Positions 15,301 to 20,000 of a stretch of DNA of 20,000 nt are shown in pieces. The stretch's first letter is position 1, and every line of letters starts with the position of its first letter. The DNA comes from an uncultured virus (IMG/VR IMGVR_UViG_3300015366_000220) (lineage: Duplodnaviria > Heunggongvirae > Uroviricota > Caudoviricetes): the IMG/VR virus record IMGVR_UViG_3300015366_000220; one strand, given 5' to 3'. The notes beneath the pieces were generated by a model, which made no database searches, was not told the origin of the DNA, and saw nothing but the letters and a program-made list of their open reading frames with translations. The translations under genes were made by a program, and so were the position numbers.

Positions 15301-17687
15301 GTTCCTTCTATAATGGTATTGTTAATTACTTTATTTCTTCTTATATCCGATTCAATCGAAACGATATCGCCAGCAGTCGCTACAGATTGGTCAACGTGGA
15401 ATTGATTACCCCAATCATCTCCGAGAGTTACTACTGCTCCATTTACTGCGGTTATAGTAAATGATTTTCCCGCCAATGCCCCACTATGGAATTTTAATAT
15501 TCTTCCCACTGGAGAACATAATATTCCAGTGTTATTAATCACTGGGCTGGCATCGTCTGTTAATGTTATTTGCGAATTCCATCCACCTTGAGTTAATAGA
15601 ATTACATTGGCACCAACAGAATGCGAATTGGCGAAAGTTGCGCTAAGAGATAATTTAGCGTCGTTGATTTTATAATAATTTACTACATCAGTTCCTATTT
15701 GAATAGTTCCTGAGTATGGAAACGCCCCAATATTCGTTACTGATATCGTTTCTAAGTATCCATTTATTGGAGTTTGTAACGTACCAACTACAGGTGCACC
15801 TATTGTTGTTGTTAAGAAAGGCGCACCATTTTCACTTGCAATAGCGTCAAATGATAATGTTTCTTGGTTACTATATGCAAATGTGTTATTCTCAATAACA
15901 TTATCTGTTATTGGAAAGTAATAAGGTGCGGTAACTGCTAGATGTGGATGGAATGCCATACTAACTCTACCACCATGATATATGTTATTCTTTATTCTAA
16001 GATGTTTACCGCTATGTACAGCTATACCACCAACATCTGGTTTTACTTTTAATTTTGTTGCTGTATTGTATAAGTATACAGGACATATTGTTGCGCTAGG
16101 ATCAAAGTTATTATTATTAGTTGCTAGGAATACACTACCTACAGAATATTTTTTTCCTGTTGTTCCACCAGCAATATTCCAATTTGCCTGATTCGCTGCG
16201 ATATTAGCAAAACTACCAAGAGAAATTATTCTATAATATCGACCAATTTGTATATCTGGAATGTTTATTGGTATACCAACCCCTAAACCAACAAGACCGA
16301 ATCCACCAGCTGGTCCACCACTTCCTGCTGCTATATCACAAAGTTTATAATTATATGGAGCTGATGTTGCATAATCTCCATCATATGTTAATAATAATTC
16401 ACCGTTAATTTGTGTTCCGCTAGTATGGGTTGGTTCAAATGTTCCGAGACTACCTGTACCACCATTTGAAAGTTGTACGAGATATACATTCGCTCCACTG
16501 CTATGTGTTGCTGCTGTGGTGAAGTTCATTCCTCTAATTGCTAGATTTATTGTACTTCCTGATGATGAACTGTATGCTATTTGTTCATTATCAATTAGTA
16601 TATAACCACCAGTAGACACCAAGTGAGTTGAGTCTGATACAGTAATAGTTCCTAAACTACTTGTAGAAGATATTGCAGAACCTAAAGTACCAAGAGATGT
16701 GACTTTTCCTGTGACACGATAGCATTTATTAGTTGAATTGATTATGACCATTCCAGTCCAAGAATACCCAGCAGTAGCCATTGCTTGTGCCCAAGTAGTA
16801 TTCCATACAACACCAACGCCACGTTGATCCATATCATAAATTGATGTGTCATGTGTGTTTATGATTGAGCTACTGTTTAATGTGAGACCTGCGAACTGTA
16901 TTTCAGGATCTCCATTAGTGGTAGTACCATCACTGTTTTTTATGGTTGCGTCGGTTAATTGTTGTATAGAATAAAACTTATTATCTGTAATATCTGCATT
17001 TGTTCCAGCTTGAACGTCTATTAAGGCTATTGGGAAAGAAGAATAACCATCAGCACCAGATTTATTATTAACAACTCTAAATCCTGTTGGGCATGTTGGT
17101 TGTTTTGTGGCAGTTGAATAATCTGTTCCTGAGCTAAAATTGGTTACGCGAATAGCTTCATATGAACCGCTCCACTGACTGGTACCAAGAGGTTCGTTAA
17201 GTAGAGGATTTACGTTTAGTACTGCTCCGAATGTGTTGTTTGATATTTCCCAATTATTCTTATTATAATAAGATAGTATTGTAATATTCTTAATAGTCAG
17301 ACCAGTTATTTTTGATGAATCACCAATGAACAAATATCTATGAATAGTATTTGTTGATGTTCCTGCTTGTATTGTACCACCACCAAATACAGTAAGATTA
17401 TCTGGTATAGTAACATCAGATGTTATTACTATAGTTAAATCTGATGGGATATATAATGCCTTTGATCCACCAGTTAATAGTGTAAGAGCATTGGTAAATG
17501 CATTGGTATCATCGGCTATACCATTTCCTATAATACCACCTAATGATTTTATGTTTAGATATGATGTTGAATCATATGTTGGGTTTGTTGAATTACCGAC
17601 CCAAGAGGCACCATTCCATTTCCAAGAATTATTTCCTACGGTATATGTTTGCCCTAATGATGGACTTGCTGGAAAATTTATTGCCAT
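9360..17687 (-). CDS. Giant multi-module tailspike-like protein (2775 aa) with four tandem beta-helix units
   Basis: Uninterrupted ORF; shared N-terminal tag; four GxxGDGxxDDT-type caps; many 'N-x-I-x-x-N-T' parallel beta-helix rungs; AAGGT RBS. Confidence 0.88.
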   Translation of the reverse strand: MAINFPASPSLGQTYTVGNNSWKWNGASWVGNSTNPTYDSTSYLNIKSLGGIIGNGIADDTNAFTNALTLLTGGSKALYIPSDLTIVITSDVTIPDNLTVFGGGTIQAGTSTNTIHRYLFIGDSSKITGLTIKNITILSYYNKNNWEISNNTFGAVLNVNPLLNEPLGTSQWSGSYEAIRVTNFSSGTDYSTATKQPTCPTGFRVVNNKSGADGYSSFPIALIDVQAGTNADITDNKFYSIQQLTDATIKNSDGTTTNGDPEIQFAGLTLNSSSIINTHDTSIYDMDQRGVGVVWNTTWAQAMATAGYSWTGMVIINSTNKCYRVTGKVTSLGTLGSAISSTSSLGTITVSDSTHLVSTGGYILIDNEQIAYSSSSGSTINLAIRGMNFTTAATHSSGANVYLVQLSNGGTGSLGTFEPTHTSGTQINGELLLTYDGDYATSAPYNYKLCDIAAGSGGPAGGFGLVGLGVGIPINIPDIQIGRYYRIISLGSFANIAANQANWNIAGGTTGKKYSVGSVFLATNNNNFDPSATICPVYLYNTATKLKVKPDVGGIAVHSGKHLRIKNNIYHGGRVSMAFHPHLAVTAPYYFPITDNVIENNTFAYSNQETLSFDAIASENGAPFLTTTIGAPVVGTLQTPINGYLETISVTNIGAFPYSGTIQIGTDVVNYYKINDAKLSLSATFANSHSVGANVILLTQGGWNSQITLTDDASPVINNTGILCSPVGRILKFHSGALAGKSFTITAVNGAVVTLGDDWGNQFHVDQSVATAGDIVSIESDIRRNKVINNTIIEGTITLWGIGSDSQISHNTLIGSKYGSYPYTGSGIDITSMFTYAVKNSTLLGGHYCYLAPSNLIVSDNIVSGSIAFYSINDFGTSEASAQMRNITLVNNKGSYCLLGPLTDFLQYGNNFARYSTANNPSSGSTLSTVHMKITADRSISTKDFGAIGDGISDDTVAINTALSAAANSNNKRIRIDGDCAVSSHITIPSGVEIYGGRITSLQSGGTRWIHLNTGSKVSNMYLKDMALDIPYDQNDISITDNTFEYNQAYLTIDRAININAGFGTGPKRLTISGNKKITGTPIMFIYADTMYDSDVSNNYWDNGAISLYNCNLTAGSPTSTGTLTTVGAPSLNPNNNLRLYLSDGTHIGIITAKTGDNTWTVVADSNPNTITNRTNVTIFARTNYSSGVYLGGGSRNIITNNTFIGGITGVILMPNTNVSRTPITDNIISNNTIKEINEESIGIDCRGNASYGAVYMTTTVTNSNSGGGYPVVLTMADNRGSDAGEVIGLVATFMSGRLKGKSFSIIYSAAANSIQLGDDFPGLSYGYDVAIGDVITLEIDMRRNRIINNSIINTLNAGTAGISCWGSGADTIIDGNTIMLSNVPSLNGGGVYGIAVVGLPTATASRTSTVLGSAVGAINPYNVIITNNKYTGLNSIKVDTFGASAYKMKNVTITGNRGGSCYLGNVTNVTEESNEWMDLNSLLLGSTFGGFVNKPHVSIEQFGVKGDGVSDDTPFFQQALDFVRTSGINKLIIKPTLTIKLTSDVTLPDNIEITGGGTITATSSIYLHLGNGTIVNGLTLIDVTLNSYYNKNDWHVINNTFDWNRQNDPVTNLNYNWQDVAVNVLNHEPTYDISTGVGFHETYPQRIKIKNNKRGSINPDYPKALAYIAATDDSEVSGNDWDITSQISATITNTNGTITTNTSDEFAGLTVTTNSLLRPYNTNLYTDKGEWVGIIWSYPWNWCTGSAMKYGDSIISDAVISGTRHYYRVTAVTGDAKLSTTAPTHLSGSATNGNVTLTYDGVCPISAPYKYKLRYGKDDQGIYKAIIKPGTDSSINQFVVGKTYRITDIGSDSGAQANWNTIVGTSGITYKVGMVITAVAQGSYNANYGEAQEAFLSTSNITLTNHPRMWAVAFLGGSRNVIKNNRITGGHVNIIFMPAPITHTYYDIPMTDNIISDNICSFSSEEGISFDGGGAAYMSSTTVASSINPVSANVVTLSNTIGATDIVKGRVLKFLSGSLKGQSFKITASTSNTVTLGDDFSGGQQWWYNTQFRKVTAGDLVTIETDVRRNKIINNTVIDGIIDLYGIGTDSVVAHNTMKSNLGRGFPTAISVVGLQQAPDKGLTMGDIIPCNVLIDGNISHGGNGVLVWGYADTSYPQNITITNNIGGMCTLDRVENVVRKNNRFIYCNTWGGHVTFAPEHGAVTPQDFGAFADGINNDTDAVQAWVNYHSTSSSATTGARVSAAYAPAGTYLLTKPIIFPNYTCNIYGDGVQNTQFVAKFTGYAGYSIFKAVPESTASFNSHWRDFAIYDGDTVYDNNTGIWSGGNTGIGVDLGLVDVYNSRFERLAIRSKGDAFYINGGFSNKFDSIVASSTNGHSFRVSCSNTCVWLNCYAAVCGTGKAGYRLDGVTNLIGCNGLNQGDYWGVFNQDPTSTDGFQADFINKRFTASCTGTTLTLSSGSLSVDEWVRSSDGTSLGKITATNVGGNPLVYTVTVGGTYVSQSMTSYITTSYCEVLLTNCNIEHFTKCGVRLQTAYKIVEFNGGKIDRAGMSSSFESYITARGQSNYTGLSATNGTYGVYNPIKLNVATIFNGSGVPNGDGTLSAYTPYLYSSVNGSFVDTTGAFYAAGISTYYSGGGTYTIPRIGTTYDSGVSAFSVGSIQAGKFVTGTMKYGTPSAFTPSGTNQTIDVTGYTKVTVTPASSGTTVNKATFTSADLSRNGDLLIEAGNDNLTIVHSASGADTFRLTGSSNINMAAGQILRFCRSVTSSQWIQV
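17598..17687 (-). repeat. Dispersed 90-bp N-terminal cassette, copy in the giant gene (other copies 9261-9350 and 7409-7498; diverged copy 1052-1141)
   Basis: Manual alignment: 11-14 differences per 90 nt between the three close copies, mostly synonymous third positions. Confidence 0.9.
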
Positions 17688-17701
17688 TTATTGTCTACCT
17701 T

Positions 17702-18688
17702 TTACCAAGCTGTTGCTATTACTATTCCATCACCACCACGACCACCATTACCACCAACTGATCCGGAACCAGTCAGACATCCACCACCACCACCACCTCC
17801 GCAACCGTATGCACCATTACCACCATTACCACCAGATGAACCAGCACCAGCAGAGCCACCAGATGACGCACCACCAGCACCACCATAGAAAAATCTCAAT
17901 TGTTTAAGTGGTTGAAAACCATTACTTCCTGATACGCCACTTGTACCAGCAGCAGCACCACCAGTACCACCAGATGATGTAGGAAACGCACCAACACCAG
18001 TTATATTTCCTCCGGCGGATGTAGTAGCCGCAGCAGCACCCAATCCACCACCAGCAGCACCGCCAGTTACGATTAATCCGCTTGCAGGAAGAGCTATGTT
18101 ACCACCACCAACAGTAGTGCCACCAATTATGCCAGCTTGACCTGCAATTGTTATGTTACCGATTGTTACCGCAGTATAGAACGTGCCCATTCCAGCCAAT
18201 GGTGCATTAGCTACAGTATTCGCTGTCCCTGCCGCACCCGCACCACCAGCAGTGGCACCAGATGCGTTTGTACCAGCAGCACCCGGAGAAACAGATAGCA
18301 ACAAATTATTGGCAGTAAGACTGTTAGCATCAATTGATATAAATGTATTGATTCCTGATGAACCAGCAGTAGATACTGTGGTTGATCCTGTACCACCAGC
18401 ACCACCATACCCAACTGATATAAAAAGTATGTCTGGTATAGCCCAAGCGGGAAATATAATATTTCCTTGTGCACTGGATCCACCGCCACCACCGCCAGCA
18501 GCAGTTGAGTTGGCACCACATACCCCACCGCCACCGCCAGCACCACCAGCTAATCCAAAGAAGTGTACAAAATTTACACCACGAGGTTTACGCCATGTAT
18601 GCCAACCAACACCAGCAGCTGCTGAGTTGGCATTGAATATTTGCACATCACCTTTAAATGAAGATGGTATATCAAAAAAATCTAACAT
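17702..18688 (-). CDS. Glycine-rich (polyglycine) adhesin-like / fibre-tip protein, 328 aa
   Basis: Start re-assigned to ATG at 18688 (MLDFF...), which overlaps the upstream TAA (TAATG). Contains WxKPxG...GGAGGGGG, GGxG repeats and a C-terminal GGxGGDGxVI motif typical of phage glycine-rich domains. Confidence 0.8.
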   Translation of the reverse strand: MLDFFDIPSSFKGDVQIFNANSAAAGVGWHTWRKPRGVNFVHFFGLAGGAGGGGGVCGANSTAAGGGGGGSSAQGNIIFPAWAIPDILFISVGYGGAGGTGSTTVSTAGSSGINTFISIDANSLTANNLLLSVSPGAAGTNASGATAGGAGAAGTANTVANAPLAGMGTFYTAVTIGNITIAGQAGIIGGTTVGGGNIALPASGLIVTGGAAGGGLGAAAATTSAGGNITGVGAFPTSSGGTGGAAAGTSGVSGSNGFQPLKQLRFFYGGAGGASSGGSAGAGSSGGNGGNGAYGCGGGGGGGCLTGSGSVGGNGGRGGDGIVIATAW

Positions 18689-19119
18689 TAGTATGCACCA
18701 GCTATTGTAGTAACAGACCATCCACTAGCTAACGCAGAACCTGCGCTTATACCAACAACAATACGATAACCAGGAGGCAATGCGAAATTCAATGGATAAT
18801 CTATATCAACAGTTGATGCTGTTGTTGATGCTGTTACTGATGGAAGAGAAATTTCTCCATAAAAAGAATTATTACTTGCTGTTGTATTAGATGATCCGTT
18901 ATTGATGTATATTCTAGCGACAGAAACGGCATTAGTACCTAAAGATTTAAATCTTAATCTTTGAACGAATCCACCATTAGTAGCGTCAGCTGTAAATATG
19001 ATCGCATTATTTGTTCCTGTTCCATTATAGTCCGAAACAATAGTAGTTCCTATGGTAGCTGAACCATTAAGACCTATTGCTGCAACTCTCGAGTAAATCG
19101 GTGTACTATTACCTGCCAT
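18688..19119 (-). CDS. Hypothetical structural protein (143 aa), likely beta-sandwich adaptor coupled to the glycine-rich protein
   Basis: ORF track; GAGGA RBS; stop overlaps the next start; S/T/G/N-rich beta-strand pattern. Confidence 0.8.
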   Translation of the reverse strand: MAGNSTPIYSRVAAIGLNGSATIGTTIVSDYNGTGTNNAIIFTADATNGGFVQRLRFKSLGTNAVSVARIYINNGSSNTTASNNSFYGEISLPSVTASTTASTVDIDYPLNFALPPGYRIVVGISAGSALASGWSVTTIAGAY

Positions 19120-19148
19120 TGTGCGATCCTCTTTAAATTATTAATTAT

Positions 19149-20000
19149 TTAGGGTAGATTGTATCCCATATAAGACGAATGAATTATTCCATAACTTGTT
19201 GAGATTCCTTGCACCCCTTGGATTCCTTGAGAAGCCTGTGGACCTTGGAGACCCTGAAGACCTTGTAATCCTTGCAGACCTTGTAGCCCTTGCGTTCCTT
19301 GTGGACCTTGTATATTAGCAGAAACCCAACCAAGAGTACCATTTCCATCAGTAGTTGATAGAATTTGTCCAGTAGTGCCTTGAGTTGGAGGTAATGTTAG
19401 ATAATAATATTGACTCATCCCAGCTGGAGGTGCAATTGAGACGTATTGATAATTGGTATCGTAGTCTGGTGATAAAATGAATAAAGGAGTTAGTGAAACT
19501 CCACCTGGAAATCCTACTTGATATGGTATTCCAGTATCTGTATCTAATGTGTACATATTCAATTGAGAATATCCACCAACTGAAGTCATACTTATGTAGC
19601 CAGTACCAATTGTGTTAGTAACAGGAGAAATTACAATTTCACTGGTGGCTGTTATTGTACTTCCCCATATTGTATTAGGGGTGACGTCACCTATTACTGG
19701 AGGCGAGGAAAGATTTATACTTGCTCCGCTTCCCTGTATTCCTTGAATTCCCTGAGAAGCCTGTGGACCTTGGAGACCCTGAGTTCCTAGTGTGCCTTGA
19801 GTACCTATAGTTCCTTGTGATCCGATGGTACCCTGTGATCCGATGGTTCCCTGCGTACCTAATGTTCCCTGTGTACCAACAGTTCCCTGAGTACCAACAG
19901 TCCCTTGAGTACCTAGTGTACCTTGTGATCCTATAGTTCCCTGAGTCCCTACAATGCCCTGTATTCCTGAAGTACCTTGTGATCCTATAGTTCCCTGAGT
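19149..20000 (-). CDS. Partial collagen-like (G-X-Y) tail fibre protein, extends beyond the right edge
   Basis: The frame of the 146-aa track ORF stays open to 20000. Long GTQ/GTI/GSQ/GTL repeats (~19730-20000), a non-collagen domain with LTLPPTQG..GQIL.T.DGNG.L.W, then a second GLQ/GPQ collagen tract. Confidence 0.88.
   Translation of the reverse strand, partial: TQGTIGSQGTSGIQGIVGTQGTIGSQGTLGTQGTVGTQGTVGTQGTLGTQGTIGSQGTIGSQGTIGTQGTLGTQGLQGPQASQGIQGIQGSGASINLSSPPVIGDVTPNTIWGSTITATSEIVISPVTNTIGTGYISMTSVGGYSQLNMYTLDTDTGIPYQVGFPGGVSLTPLFILSPDYDTNYQYVSIAPPAGMSQYYYLTLPPTQGTTGQILSTTDGNGTLGWVSANIQGPQGTQGLQGLQGLQGLQGLQGPQASQGIQGVQGISTSYGIIHSSYMGYNLP
19730..20000 (-). repeat. Degenerate 9/18-bp coding tandem repeat (collagen G-X-Y)
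   Basis: Repeated ccttgagt/ccctgtga/cctatagt units encoding GTQ-GTI/GSQ triplets. Confidence 0.85.

Noticed and set aside
795..16191. Numerous short + strand and alternate-frame ORFs inside the large genes
   Set aside because: Antisense or out-of-frame shadows, mostly with TTG/GTG starts and no recognisable motifs
15597..16721. Inteins or introns as the explanation for the in-frame inserts
   Set aside because: No C/S...HN-C/S/T splice junction motifs, no LAGLIDADG/HNH motifs, and the inserts are too short
707..17687. Diversity-generating retroelement, invertible shufflon or CRISPR array behind the repeats
   Set aside because: No reverse transcriptase or recombinase; repeats are direct, coding and differ at synonymous sites rather than only at adenines; no repeat-spacer periodicity
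17491..18710. Plus-strand Pro-rich, His-rich and Thr-rich ORFs (17491-17907, 17543-17761, 17691-17888, 18183-18710)
   Set aside because: Shadows of GGT/GGA glycine codons on the opposite strand; no RBS, fully overlapping real genes
18689..18721. Track start MVCYYNSWCIL for the glycine-rich gene
   Set aside because: Overlaps the upstream gene by 34 nt; the ATG at 18688 with TAATG coupling is more plausible
19149..19589. 146-aa ORF as a complete gene
   Set aside because: The frame is open to the window edge, so this is the C-terminal part of a longer collagen-like protein
1..20000. Stop-codon reassignment (as in some large phages)
   Set aside because: Genes are full length in the standard code, ending in TAA or one TGA, with no in-frame TAG/TGA fragmentation; absence of TAG stops among nine visible stops is uninformative

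Overview
AT-rich window in which all real genes lie on the minus strand and are tightly packed, with ATGA/TAATG overlaps and AAGG/GAGG ribosome-binding sites. It reads as the virion adsorption (tail fibre/tailspike) region of a large tailed phage, probably T4-like, because two exact TATAAATA late-promoter motifs sit just upstream of genes. In transcription order it encodes: a partial collagen-like fibre; a 143-aa adaptor-like protein; a polyglycine adhesin-like protein; a giant 2775-aa protein built from four tandem tailspike-type beta-helix modules; four more beta-helix tailspike/depolymerase-like proteins (579, 854, 666 and 587 aa); a 144-aa mini-fibre; and a partial FN3-FN3 protein, missed by the ORF track, that seems to run into a GH5 glycoside hydrolase domain. 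The main unusual signals are (i) the four-module 'poly-tailspike', (ii) a conserved ~30-aa N-terminal tag shared by four otherwise divergent proteins, (iii) small domains shuffled and nested inside beta-helix loops across genes, and (iv) a perfect sigma70 promoter pointing antisense, back-to-back with a late promoter. All family assignments come from motif recognition by eye, not database searches.
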